Source of the DNA: Octopus vulgaris
Lineage: Eukaryota
Direction of reading: 5' to 3'
Assembly (NCBI GenBank): GCA_951406725.2
Contig: OX597834.1
Span: 43,524,001 to 43,588,000, forward strand
Length of the DNA stretch: 64,000 nt
The notes below the pieces were generated by a model. The model saw nothing but the letters and a program-made list of their open reading frames with translations. It was not told where the DNA came from and searched no databases. The translations under genes were made by a program, and so were the position numbers. This document shows positions 1 to 12,046 of this stretch, in pieces. Each line of letters begins with the position of its first letter. Positions within the stretch are counted from its first letter, which is position 1.

Positions 1-16
1 GCCGTGGTCACGTGTT

Positions 17-161
17 TCTTATTTCTTTATTGCCCACAAGAGGCTAAATATATAGAGGGGACAAACAAGGACAGAAAAAGGGATTAAATCGATTACATCG
101 ACACCAGTGTGTAACTGGTACTTAATTTATTGACCCCGAAAGGATGAAAGGCAAAGTCTAC
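17..161 (-). mobile_element. SINE family B, 3' half (tail type B1)
   Basis: Reverse complement matches the core and tail of the full copy at 48821-49051 (gactttgcctttcatcctttcggggtc...cttgtgggcaataaagaaat). Confidence 0.85.
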
Positions 162-232
162 TTAATATATTACGTAGATATATATAATACATATACGTAA
201 TATGTAGTATATATATAATATATATATATGTA

Positions 233-263
<31 letters not shown>

Positions 264-419
264 TTATATATGAGGATATCGATATTTAAGTATAATATTA
301 TCATGTAATATATATATTAAAATAGGGTGTTGATATTCGAATTCTATATATATATATATATATATAATGTGTAATATATAAAATACATAAATTTATGTAA
401 TGTATATGTATATATTACG

Positions 420-452
<33 letters not shown>

Positions 453-532
453 TAATAAATAAAGCATATGCATATATACATACATATATGTACGTACCTA
501 CATCTACATGTATATATACATGCATATATGGG

Positions 533-706
533 TACAGGACACCAAAATACGTCGAACACAATGAGAAGCGAAAACATAAACTCAAAACCAAGGAAATGGA
601 CATTTTTCTTAAACAACGAAAAAATAGAGTACAGGACAAATAACACAAGGAAAATTCCCCTTCTTCAGTCGCCATGGTTTCATCTACTCTGCGTTTTCGA
701 AGGTAA
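533..706. repeat. Non-simple segment embedded in (TA)n, probable interspersed repeat of unknown class
   Basis: Complex sequence flanked by TA runs on both sides; no second copy in the window and no recognisable coding motif. Confidence 0.35.
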
Positions 707-727
707 GATATATATATATATATACAT

Positions 728-872
728 ACGACAGGCTTCTTTTAGTTTCTGCCTACAATATCCGTCACAAGGTTTCGGTCGGTCCGAGGTTATAGTAGAA
801 GATGCAGTGGGACAGAACTCAGAAGCATGCGATTGGGAAGAAAGCTTCTTACCACACAGCCAGCGCTGCGCC
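728..872 (-). mobile_element. SINE family A, 5' part (diverged)
   Basis: Reverse complement gives ggcgcagcgctggctgtgtggtaagaagc...gaagcctgtcgt, matching the head of the copy at 37780. Confidence 0.8.
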
Positions 873-1408
873 TGGAACCTTCTAATCAGTGGAATTAAAT
901 TCTTTGGGGTTTCTTTTTGGGGGGGGGTGGGGGTTACGTTGTTGTTGTTGCTGTTGCTGCTATTTATCCTCAGTTTAGTGCTCGGTTGAAAAGTCATGTA
1001 TCCTAAATGCATTCCAGCCGCGACCATCCCGCATATTTTGTTAAATCTCACATCATATGCCCACCGCTTATATGATACTGTGGTGAGATTTCAATGCATG
1101 CGACTGCTATTTCTAGCATCCAAATGCTTTCAAATCGCTGCGTAGAAACTTCCTCGTCCTTATCGTGGTGGTCGCTGTGGTCTTAGTGATGTAACTCCAT
1201 GGGGGTAAGGTTTTTTGGTGGTGTGGGGTACAACGATGGTGGTGGGGCAATGGTGATGGTGAAGGAGGTAAGCGAGGGGAGGTTGATAGTACGGTGGGGG
1301 ATGGGTCTGGATGGGTCAGGAAATACTGCGAAGATAATTGTGTTGGTGGGGTTGGTGACGCAGTATGAGAGACATGGTAGTGCAGTTTGGTAATAATACT
1401 AATATTAA

Positions 1409-1624
1409 GGTGGCGAACTGGCAGAAACGTTAGAACGCCGGGCGAAATGCTTAGCGGCATTTCATCTGTCTTCATGTTCTGAGTTCAAATTCCGCCAAGG
1501 TTGACTTTGCTTTTCATCCTTTCGGGGGTTGATAAATTAAGTACCAGTTTCGTACTGGGGTTGATCTAATAGACTGGCCCCCTCCCCCAAAATGTCGGCC
1601 CTTGTGCCTAGAGTAGAAAAGAAT
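1409..1624 (+). mobile_element. SINE family B, full length (tail type B2)
   Basis: A-box-like tggcagaaacgttag, B-box gagttcaaattcc, core gactttgcttttcatcctttcggggg, tail ccttgtgcctagagtagaaaagaat; near-TSD taatatt on both sides. Confidence 0.9.
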
Positions 1625-1919
1625 AATAATATTGTAATGAAAGAAATGAGTATAACAGCAATGGCGGAAAATATACAAGGGTAACAGTGAGAGAGAGAAA
1701 GAGAGAGAGAGAAAGAGAGAGCTATGCCAGAGTGGTGGTGGTAGTGAGATGGACTATGAGGTGGTGGTGGTGGTGATGGTGGGGTTTGTGGTGGTGGCGG
1801 TAGTCTTGCTGCTACTGCTGCTACGGCTGCTGCCGATATGAGGTTGGCGTTAGAGCAATGTTAGAGTTGCGTCGAATTGTCATAATCGATTCACTTTTTC
1901 ATAAAACAAAGCAATATAC

Positions 1920-1923
<4 letters not shown>

Positions 1924-1957
<34 letters not shown>

Positions 1958-2148
1958 ATACACACACACACATACGCACACACTTATGAACACACACACA
2001 CGCACATGCTTACAAACATACGCACACCTCCACACTTGTCCACACTTTACACGTACGAACACACACCAGGACTCACACACATGCATGCATATATATATAT
2101 ATATATACGCAAACATACATATATACATACAAGCTTCTGTGTGTGTGT

Positions 2149-2191
<43 letters not shown>

Positions 2192-2275
2192 TTCTTCTCT
2201 CTGCGCAGGCACGCGTTTCTTTGTGCGTGTGTGTGTGCGTGTGTGTGTGTGTGTGTGTGTATTTGTGTGTATATG
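1924..2275. repeat. (CA)n/(TA)n/(TG)n compound microsatellite
   Basis: Directly visible dinucleotide runs. Confidence 0.95.
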
Positions 2276-2475
2276 TGTTTGGAAAATGAGATGTGAGGCT
2301 TTTAATTAAAATGAAATTTTAGCGTTAATGATAATTTAAACCTGCTAAATAGGATATTGATCATCTATTTTTTTTCTTTGTAATTTTGTATGTTTTTGTG
2401 GCTTTGTTTTTTTTCTCTTTCACATTTTTTTTTCAAATTTAATTTAGAGTTCTTGATGGGAATGATAGCAAAGTT

Positions 2476-2477
<2 letters not shown>

Positions 2478-2515
<38 letters not shown>

Positions 2516-2956
2516 GAGAGAGAGAGGGAGAGAGAGAGATAAAGATAGAGAGACAGATAGGGATGGAGAAAGGTGCTGCTACTGGTGTTGCAGCTACGGT
2601 TGCTGGCGATGTTGCTGGTGATGCTGCTGCTCATGACGAAGGCGACTATGATGATGACGATGATGATGAGGAGGAGGTGGAGGAGGAGGAAGATGGAGAT
2701 GATGATGATGATGCTTGTGGTACTCATGGTGCTGGTGGTGTCCGTGATAGTTACGAAGATGATGGTTATGCAAGTGAAGGTGGCCTTGAGTATGATGATG
2801 ATGATGAGGAGGAGGTGGAGGAGGTGGAGGATGATAAAGACGATGAAGTTGATGATGGTGAGGAGGATAATGATAATGATGGTGTCGATGATGATGATGA
2901 TGATGATAAAGACGATGAAGATGATGGCGATGATGAGGATGATGATGATGACGATT

Positions 2957-2993
<37 letters not shown>

Positions 2994-3349
2994 CGATGCC
3001 AACTACGAAGGTGTGGCGATGATGTTACAGATGATGAAAGCGATGGAGTGACTGTTGGTCTTGACTTGATGGTGATGAGGAGGATGAGGGGGCTGCGGGG
3101 GAATGCGGTGGAGGTTTCGGCGGCGGTGATAGTGGTGATCTTGTTTAGGATGATGATGATGATGGTGATGATGATGATGATTCATAGAATGATTGTTGAT
3201 CATTTTGATAGCGATTATAATGATAAGAGTGATGCTGATGTTGATGATGATGATGATTATGGTGATGACGATAGGGGTAGACGAGTAGCAGTATGAGTTG
3301 AAGAGGAGGATAAATAGGAGGAGGGTGACGGTGGGGAAAATGTTCTCAC

Positions 3350-3391
<42 letters not shown>

Positions 3392-4031
3392 CATCATCGA
3401 AATTATCATCGTCGTCATCGCCATCTTGATCATTATTAATATTATTGTTGCTTGCTGGTTGTTGTTATTATTATTATTGTTATTAATATTGTAATTGTTG
3501 TTGTTGTTGTTGTTGTTATTAAGTAGCATTCGAGAAGAAGCAAAAGAAGAGTTGGAAGAGAGGAGTGGGTGACGGGAAATAATCACGAGGTCGTTGGAAA
3601 CGATGGTTAACATATATTGTAGTTGATGATGATGATGATGATGATGACGATGATGATGATGATGACGATGATGATGACGACGACGATGACGATGACGATG
3701 ATGATGATGGTGATGAAAAATGAAGAAGAAGAAGAAGAAGAAGAAGAAGAAGAAGAAGAAGAAGAAGAAGAAGAAGAATGTCGTGGTGGTGGATGTGGTG
3801 GTATGTGCAGGATTATGAGCAGGATAGTTATAGTATTGTGGTGGTCGGCGTTTTCGTAACGACGATGATGATAATATATAAGATGTTGATTACGAAGATA
3901 ATGATAATTAGAATGATAATTAGAAAAATGATGATGAGAGTGTCGTAGGTTATGATAAAAAGGTGAGGGAGGAACTAAATTGTATAACAGCTGAACACAG
4001 CGAATTTCATACAACTTCATTCATTTTAATC

Positions 4032-4090
<59 letters not shown>
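2478..4090. repeat. Compound low-complexity block: (GA)n, degenerate (GAT)n, (CAT)n, (GAA)n, (TTA)n
   Basis: Directly visible; gives poly-D, poly-M, poly-E and poly-H ORFs in several frames. Confidence 0.95.
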
Positions 4091-4093
<3 letters not shown>

Positions 4094-4099
4094 TTCAAG

Positions 4100-4284
4100 T
4101 TTTGATTTTAATTTTTTGTCACAAAATCAGCAATTTCTGGGAGAGGGTGAGTCGATTAAATCGACCTCGGTGTAAAACTGGTAATTATTTTATCGACCCC
4201 GGAGGGATGAAATGCAAAATCGACCTTGACGGAATTTGAACTCAGATCATAAACATGGCTGCTAAAGTTTCTGCCAGCTCACCG
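4100..4284 (-). mobile_element. SINE family B (tail type B3, diverged)
   Basis: Reverse complement cggtgagctggcagaaactttagc...tgagttcaaattccgtcaaggtcgattttgc...aaattgctgattttgtgacaaaaa. Confidence 0.85.
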
Positions 4285-4319
4285 ACATTTTCCTTTTTAC
4301 CATTATTAATCAACCATAA

Positions 4320-4552
4320 GGTGGCCAGCTGGTAGAGACGTTAGCACGCTGGACATAATGCTTTGCGGTATTTCGTCTGCCGTTACGTTCTGAGTTCAAA
4401 TTCCGCCGAAGTCGACTTTGCCTCTCATCGTTTCGGGGTCGATTAAATAAGTATCAGTTACGCACTGAGGTCGATATAATCGACTTAATCCGTTTGTCTG
4501 TCCTTGTCTGTCCCCTCTGTGTTTAGCCCCTTGTGGGTAGTAAAGAAATGGG
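4320..4552 (+). mobile_element. SINE family B, full length (tail type B1)
   Basis: Collinear with 48821-49051 along its whole length. Confidence 0.92.
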
Positions 4553-4574
4553 TATTTATATTTATTCGCAGCTA

Positions 4575-4680
4575 CTCTCTCTTTACTCGTTTCTGTCATT
4601 TGCCTGTGGCCATGCTGGAGCACCGCCTTTAATCGAGCAAATCAACCCCAGGACTTGTTCTTTGGAAGCCTAATACTTAT
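4575..4680 (-). mobile_element. SINE family A, 3' tail fragment
   Basis: ggccatgctggagcaccgcctttaatcgagcaaatcaaccccaggact matches 42158-42205. Confidence 0.85.
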
Positions 4681-5289
4681 GTCAAATACGTATGTCAATT
4701 TTTGTTCTTATTTGTATTTAATTATTGTAAAATACCATTGTTTGCTTCGTGAACAACTAAATCAGGAATGAATATTTCTATATTTATTTTTAAGATACTT
4801 ATGATATGTTGGGCGTTGGGGCTGCGCAAGTACTCCCTTATCTTAAATATTTTAAGCTGCTTCAAACACTCTAAGAAGAAGTCAAATGGAAGACAGTGAC
4901 GAACGTGATGAAATATATCGCAAGTTGATCGATATCGAAACCGTACTGGTGGAGTGATAATGGTGCAGCCGTAGCGGACAGAAAACAGATGTTTCCGTGT
5001 ATTACGTGGGGCGCCAAAATTCAATAACTCAAAATCGAAGTTGGTCACCGATGACGGAGTCAAGTTTAAGACTGTCTCAAGAATTGCTGAGACCATGGTA
5101 AATATTTTTTCATCCTTTCATTACAGTTCTCGATATTAGCCATCCACTCGTCCATCCATCCCATCATCTTCTACCCTCACTGTTCCTGGGAAGGTCGTTG
5201 GGATAGAGTCTTCAGGTACCTACTCCATAGGGTCATATCAGAAGCAACCATTATTAGACTTTCTGGATGGAATCCCGAGCCTGACTAAC

Positions 5290-5510
5290 TGATACTGTGG
5301 ATGTTATACAGCCATATCATCATTGGTCTTCCCCTAGGTTTCCAGCATGTCTGTCTAGCTTGACGAATTCGTCTCTCAAATCTTTCCTTGATGCATTATA
5401 GTTATTTTTCCGTAATACTGGTGCTGTGACCTCTCCAGTGAAGAAGTCGCAGTTGGTACAGGAGAGACTCCATGCTCTCCGAGCTGCGTGATCCAGTCGA
5501 AAGCAAATTC
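5290..5510 (-). mobile_element. RTE-clade LINE remnant, ORF C-terminal region
   Basis: One frame reads SMESLLYQLRLLHWRGH...(stops)...KPRGRPMMIWLYNI, resembling the RTE C-terminal RRLRWxGH...RGRPxxxWxDxI motifs. Confidence 0.5.
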
Positions 5511-5994
5511 GAGGGAAATAAGAGAAATAAGAAGTTATTCTTTATATTATCATCTCGACAATAATCTTGGTCAGGGTGACCCAGTCCATCGCACTTATTG
5601 GACGAAGCAGAATTAATACAAACAAGTTTTATTGGAAGCATACGCATGACATCTCATACATCAAGAATAAATGAAGAAACTCCGGCTTTTGTAATAAGTA
5701 GCTCGTTGCATGCTTCAACGACATTCAACAAAAAAAGGTGATATCGAGTTTCTATGGAAGTAGAACTTAAATCTCTCCATGTTTAATATGTAACCAAAAT
5801 GGAAAAATTTTCAAATGCCGTTTCTTTTATTATATAAACTTGTTTTTATTAAAACGGAATATATTTTCCATTTGACAATATGCAAATTATGCAATAACAG
5901 TTATTGCTCTTCTAATCGGTGTGTAACTTTATAAAGAAAAGAGTGGAGTTTGTCGGACAAATTCGTAAAATTATTTCTTTACTAAGGCTAATAA

Positions 5995-6390
5995 TGATTT
6001 CGATTCTCAGCACAAAGCTGACAATTTCTGGTGAGGAAGTAAGGTGATTAAATCAACCCCATTACACAACTGGGTTCTCATTTTATCGACCCCAGCGGAA
6101 TTTGAACTGAGAATGTAAAGACTGACTAAATGGTGCTGATTATTTTGTCCGGCATGCTAACGATCTTGCCAGCTCACCGCCTTAACGAAAGTTCTAATGT
6201 TGGTTTCAAAATTTGGCACAAAACCAATCGTTTTTGGGAAAGTCGATTAAAACCGACCACAACTGATACTTATTTTATCGACCCCGAAAGGATGAAAGAC
6301 AGAATCAACCCTGGAGTTTAAACAGGGACGTTAAGGTGGACAAAACAACTCTAAGCATTTTATCGCCGTGCTATTCTACCAGCTCGCGGT
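5995..6390 (-). mobile_element. Two tandem diverged SINE family B copies (about 5995-6183 and 6200-6390)
   Basis: Each has the ttttatcgacccc core, ends in ccagctc(a/g)c and carries a B3-type tail. Confidence 0.8.
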
Positions 6391-6762
6391 GCTTATGAAA
6401 GATTCAATATCGTAATGTATCTCTTTGTACCACTACGAGGCGTACATATCATCTTCTTACCCACAAGAATGTTTGCTTTGTCATGCCAGGAGATCGATTG
6501 CCTTGATTCAATTGAGATTTTGAAAGTTTACTTGAGGAGAAGAGAGAAAGGGTGACTCAAGAGCCGAAACTTTGCCCTGTTGGCGGTTATCACATTAGTA
6601 CGAGTTGATAAGATGAATTCACGGAAATCTAAACCGTTGAATGATTCAGTAAGCTCTCCTGAACCGTGCTACGGTATAGACAAAAATAAACCATCCACCG
6701 GTGTTACGGGCTCAAAGGGTTGATATTAAATATATGCCCCACACGTATACACATATGCACTT

Positions 6763-7018
6763 TTCTTTTATTTCTTTTACTTGTCTCAGTCATTTGACTG
6801 CAGCCATGCTGGAGCACTGCCTCAAAGAGTTTTAGTAAAAGTAATCGAACCCAGGACATACTCTTTGCAAGCCTAGAACTTATTCTATCTGTATCTTTTG
6901 CCAAATCGCCAGGTTACGGGGATATAAACACACCAGCATCCGTTGTCAAGCGGTGGTGGCGAGCGTATACACGCGCGTGCGCACACAAACATAAATAAAT
7001 ATATACATACACACACAC

Positions 7019-7051
<33 letters not shown>

Positions 7052-7208
7052 TATAAACACAAGAATTAAGGAATGGAGTAGGTAATATCTGAGTTTCATA
7101 TATTTCATAGCGAGCGGATCCACGGAGGGGGTATATATCTAAGTGAAGTGTATACCGCAGGCTACTAATCAGGCTTAGGTTACTTTGATTAAATGAAGTT
7201 TATATTGC

Positions 7209-7258
<50 letters not shown>

Positions 7259-7270
7259 ATATATATATAT

Positions 7271-7329
<59 letters not shown>

Positions 7330-7389
7330 CCTACCTATCTCTCTCTCTATCTATCTATCTATCTACCTATCTCTCTCTCTCTCTCTATC

Positions 7390-7444
<55 letters not shown>

Positions 7445-7635
7445 GTCTGTCTGTCTGTCTATTGCCATATGTACACGACAGGCTTTTTTCAGTTTCCGTC
7501 TATCAAATCCTCTGAAAAGTTTTTGGTCAGTCCGAGACTACAGTAGAGGACGTCTGCCCAAGGTGCCACGTCGTGGAACTGAAATCGGACCCATATGGTT
7601 GTGAAAAATGCTTCTTATCAAAGAGTCACGCCAGC
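6763..7635 (-). mobile_element. SINE family A split by an expanded central tract (3' half 6763-6960, 5' half 7476-7635)
   Basis: Both halves are in the same orientation and correct order; the gap lies where family A carries its internal microsatellite. Confidence 0.75.
7210..7460. repeat. (ATCT)n tetranucleotide microsatellite
   Basis: Directly visible. Confidence 0.95.
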
Positions 7636-8329
7636 ATAATATATAAAAACTTTATATCGCAAGCTGGAATATGCAGGCTTTAATTACAAACACAACAATT
7701 GTTTCTTTGTAATGGCATCAGCAGTTACTTGGTGAGGTTTCTATACAATACCATCACACAAATTATTTTATAAATAATTATATACATACCTACGATCTAA
7801 CAGTCGCAGCAACTGTGTTTCTGGCACGACATCAGGTGAATGACTTTGATAGAAATGCTGTATGTATGTATGTATGTGTGTATGTATAAGTTTACTGATA
7901 TAAAAACATAGTTTTAAAGATTTGTATATTTTATATATTATTTATGCTTGGCTTCTGTTTGAATTATTTAAATATATTTAGTTCCCATTCATAATTACAT
8001 TTTCATCCTTAATAAATTGAAAGAACAGCTTTGTAGACGTTGAGAAAGTGAAACAATACAAAAATAATGCTTTCATTATTGAATATAGAATGCTTTCATT
8101 ATTTTCAATTCCAGTATCGCTATTAAAAGGTATTCGTATTCCCTTGCCATGTAATTGAGATAGAAATGCATTTAGAATATATTGGATTCGGATTGGTTAT
8201 AACTACGTTTGTGAGCAGATTTTTATATTGTTTTAAAATATACATACAGAATATATGTGCAGTTTTATATACAATAATACGTAAGTACATACACAGTCAG
8301 ACACACACTCACACAAATGCGCACACAGG

Positions 8330-8399
8330 TATATAAATATATATACATATATTTATACATATGCATATCCATATAAATATATATATACGTATATAAAAG

Positions 8400-8454
<55 letters not shown>

Positions 8455-8500
8455 ACATGTATATATAAGTATATATACATACATGCATAAATATGATATA

Positions 8501-8555
<55 letters not shown>

Positions 8556-8845
8556 AATATAATAAATGTATATATATATGTATTTGTATACATATATAAA
8601 ATATATGTACGTATATACATGTGTATATATATATATATATAAATAGTATATATATATATATATATATAAAAGTATATATATGTATATATACATATATAAA
8701 TAAAAAATATATATGTATATATACATATCAATGACATATTCATATATATATATATACATATATAAATAATATATATACATATATAAATAAGATATACATA
8801 TACACATATAAATAATATATATATATATATATACGTATATAAATA

Positions 8846-8878
<33 letters not shown>

Positions 8879-8975
8879 AAAAATTATATATATATATACA
8901 GATATAAATATATATACAAATATATATATATATATTCAATTATCCACACACACATGCACACACACGCACACACAT
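8330..8975. repeat. Long degenerate (TA)n microsatellite
   Basis: Directly visible; source of the 224-aa YIYI ORF. Confidence 0.95.
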
Positions 8976-9365
8976 TATGCATTAAGTGTGTTGATTTGGA
9001 AGCTCACGTGTCCAAAGGATTTTAAAAAATCAAACTGCCCGCCGTATATTTAAAACGAAAACTGAAGCATAATAAAAAAGCAAATATACTGAAAGTAATT
9101 TTAATATTTCACGCTTTAACGAATGATTGTGCAACTATTGTGTACTGCTGATCGAAAAACCTGTCCAAAGCAATCCACAACATATCGATTTTTAGAATAA
9201 TTCTGGGCGAACTATTCTGGGATCTCTGAATATACAATTAGCAATATTCGCATAAAAATTTCTGACAACATCCACGACGAGAGGGATTGAAGTGTCGAAA
9301 CCACAACTTACTTCCCCGCTCGCCAATTATTGAATTCCATATGGATGCCCTAAGACATAATTCGT

Positions 9366-9612
9366 GGAGGTGCGTGGCTTAGTGGTTAGGGTGTTGAACT
9401 TATGAACGTAAGGTTGTGGTTTCGATTCCTGGATTGAGCGACGCGTTGTGTTCTTGAGCAAAACACTTCATTTTCACGTTGCTCCAGTCCACTCATCTGG
9501 TAAAAATGAGTAATCCTGAGACGGTCCAGCGTCCCTTCCAGGTGGGTAATTTCTACACCACTGAAACCAGGAAACCGGCCCTTATGAGCCAAGCATGGCT
9601 CGAGAAGGTACA
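9366..9612 (+). mobile_element. SINE family C, tRNA-headed
   Basis: A-box tggcttagtggttagg, B-box ggtttcgattcc, then ttgtgttcttgagcaaaacacttcattttcacgttgctccagtccactca; second copy at 29415-29660. Confidence 0.85.
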
Positions 9613-9636
9613 ATTATTTTATTTTTTAAGAAATAA

Positions 9637-9953
9637 TACGAGAGGGTGTTGTAAAATTCCTAGCGTTGGGTAGAAGAAAAATCAGTTAATTATGATTTTA
9701 TTCCAAATATTCAACTCTCAGATTCACACACTTTTTGCAGTGAGCCGTCGGTTTTCTACCATTAAAGTAACAAGAGGTTGTTGGAAAGTTCCCAGACTTG
9801 GTAAAAGAAAATACAGGACGATCAGTTAATTATGATTTCATTCAACATTTCCCCCTTTTCAGATTCATACACTTATTGCAGCAGTTCTTCAGTTTTTCTA
9901 AGCTCTGAAAAGGAACTCAGAATGTTGGGCCTGCAAACAGGCCTTTCGCGATA
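9637..9953 (-). mobile_element. Two tandem truncated mariner-type element ends
   Basis: Repeat unit (ta)cgag.gggtgttg..aa.ttcc...atcagttaattatgatttt...cagattca.acactt.ttgcag occurs twice; the minus strand reads LEKLKNCCNKCMNL...NVE*, like a mariner transposase C-terminus. Confidence 0.7.
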
Positions 9954-10448
9954 CACATTTCAGCAAGCCCCTCGAATAGAATCTATAGCGTTAAAATTTG
10001 GAACGGTTTGATAAATGCGAGATAACCATGCAAGCAGAAGCCGAACGTCTTTTCTCTATTGGTAAATCATATGAATTTTAACATCTACGAACCTGTGATT
10101 TAACTGCATGCTAAACATATTCTATAATATCCTTATATCAGAACGTTTATTTTGAGGGTTGTATCTATGTGGCGAGACACATGATCAAACCTTCGTACTA
10201 ACATATCTACAAGAGTAATTGGTAGCGCGGAATCTAATTCTCATATTTTTAGAATTTTGGGAATGGTTACGTGTCAGTATAGCCAGACTGGTTGCACCAT
10301 TCCAAACGTAAATTCCTGCTTCGAATATATTGCATTGGACATGATGCTTTCGCATCGTCTTGCGTGTCTTGCATTATGTAACTGTTAGTGATGTTTTCGT
10401 ACTACACACAATGGCATGTTAATATGGGTGTGTGTGTGTGTGAAGACA

Positions 10449-10641
10449 GAGAGCTAGCGGAATTGTTAACAAGCCGGACAAAATGCTTATCGGCATTTCG
10501 ACCTTATTCATGTTCTGTGTTTAAATTGCACCGAGGTCCACTTGACTGTTCACCCTTTCGTGATCGATGCAATATCGATCAGTTCAGCACTAGGTGCGAC
10601 GTAATCGACTTACCCACTCCTCGCTGAATTTACTGACCTTG
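10449..10641 (+). mobile_element. SINE family B (diverged)
   Basis: ccggacaaaatgcttatcggcatttcg...gtaatcgacttaccc. Confidence 0.75.
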
Positions 10642-10645
10642 AAGT

Positions 10646-10696
<51 letters not shown>

Positions 10697-10815
10697 TGTG
10701 TGTGTGAGAAAGAGAGAGAGAGAGAGATTGCGTGTGTATTAATGTATATAAGCACCATGCATGTATATATATATGTATATACATACGTATATATATTTAT
10801 ACATGTGTATGTGTG

Positions 10816-10855
<40 letters not shown>

Positions 10856-11573
10856 CATACACGTATAAATATATATACGTATGTATACACATATATACAT
10901 GCATGATGCTTATATACATATATAAACACACACATAATCTCTGTCACACACACACATATATGCGAGTGTGATGCTATAATTATTACACCAGATCCTGTGT
11001 ACCAGTTATTACTGCTATCGTCATAGTTACCCTTTTATCACCTCAATCATCACCCACCCCCGCCCCAGCTTATTTCCATTGTCCTTATATTGGAACCAAT
11101 TCGTATTATTATGATTCATGTTTTTTTCTATAATTTCCACGAAGATTGTTTGATTTCTTGTGATTTATTGGAAGAACTACGTGTGTATTAATAACAGATG
11201 ATTTATTGTGATTATATATTTCCACTATGAGATGAACGAACATAAATTATTGTCTTTTCTATCACCAGTAGCAATTACTAGCGCTATTATTAAACGTTTT
11301 AGCTATAATATTTTTCTTTCACCTGCTAAACTAACTTCCAGACATCATTTTCTATTATATATTGTTTTAACAATATTTCGCGCTGCCAACCATTGTCCAT
11401 TTTGCAATTAAATAATGAATATACTATAGGTATTTACAATCGTTATTCAGTTTTCATGATACATTTGTTTTAATATATTATTATCTTTCGTTTCCGGGCT
11501 TGACCGTTGTTACTGAATCCCACAAGTGTTTGGATCTACGAAGATTCGCTTGATATTTCATAATGTGATAAAT

Positions 11574-11968
11574 CAGCGAGAACTGGCTGAATCGTTAGCA
11601 AGCCGCGCAAATTGCCAAGCTGCATTTCGTCTTTACCTTCTGAGTTCAAATTCAGCCGAGGTCCACTTTGTTATTTTTTAATTTTTTTTCTGGTTTGATA
11701 AAATAAGTAGAAGTCGAAAACTGAGATCGATGCAAACAACGTACCAACATCTCCTCAATTGCTGGCCTTGTGCCAGAATTTGAATGAATATTTCAACATG
11801 CATATAGACAAAGATCTGGCAGAATCGTTAGAACACCTGGAAAAATGTTTAGCGACATTTCGTCCGCCTTCATATTCTGAGTTCAAATTTCACCGAGGTT
11901 GACTTTACCTTTCATCCCTTTGTGGTCGATAAAATAAGTACCAATTGAACACTGGGGTGGATGTAAAC
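11574..11968 (+). mobile_element. Two tandem SINE family B copies (11574-11784 and 11813-11968)
   Basis: Both carry ctgagttcaaatt..ccgagg and gataaaataagta; the first ends in a B3 tail ttgctggccttgtgccagaatttgaa. Confidence 0.85.
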
Positions 11969-12046
11969 AAATTAACCAATCATCCGATTATGCTGACCAT
12001 GGGCCGAAATGGGAGTCAAAAATGTTGTCATGCAGTAAGTTGACTT

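Noticed and set aside
650-705. Permuted hammerhead-like words on the minus strand (cgaaaacg...ctgaagaagggg)
   Set aside because: Stems I and III cannot form flush with the core; at most a decayed Penelope-like relic
2563-3051. 162-aa acidic D/E-rich ORF
   Set aside because: It is a degenerate (GAT)n microsatellite that is also open in another frame as poly-M; no domain or splice support
4722-5096. 124-aa ORF with HxxxC and PDLVV words
   Set aside because: Lacks the CxxC and correct spacing of an RLE domain; no other support
8265-8939. Long YIYI, HTHT, poly-I and poly-M ORFs here and across the window
   Set aside because: Translations of di- and trinucleotide repeats that lack stop codons
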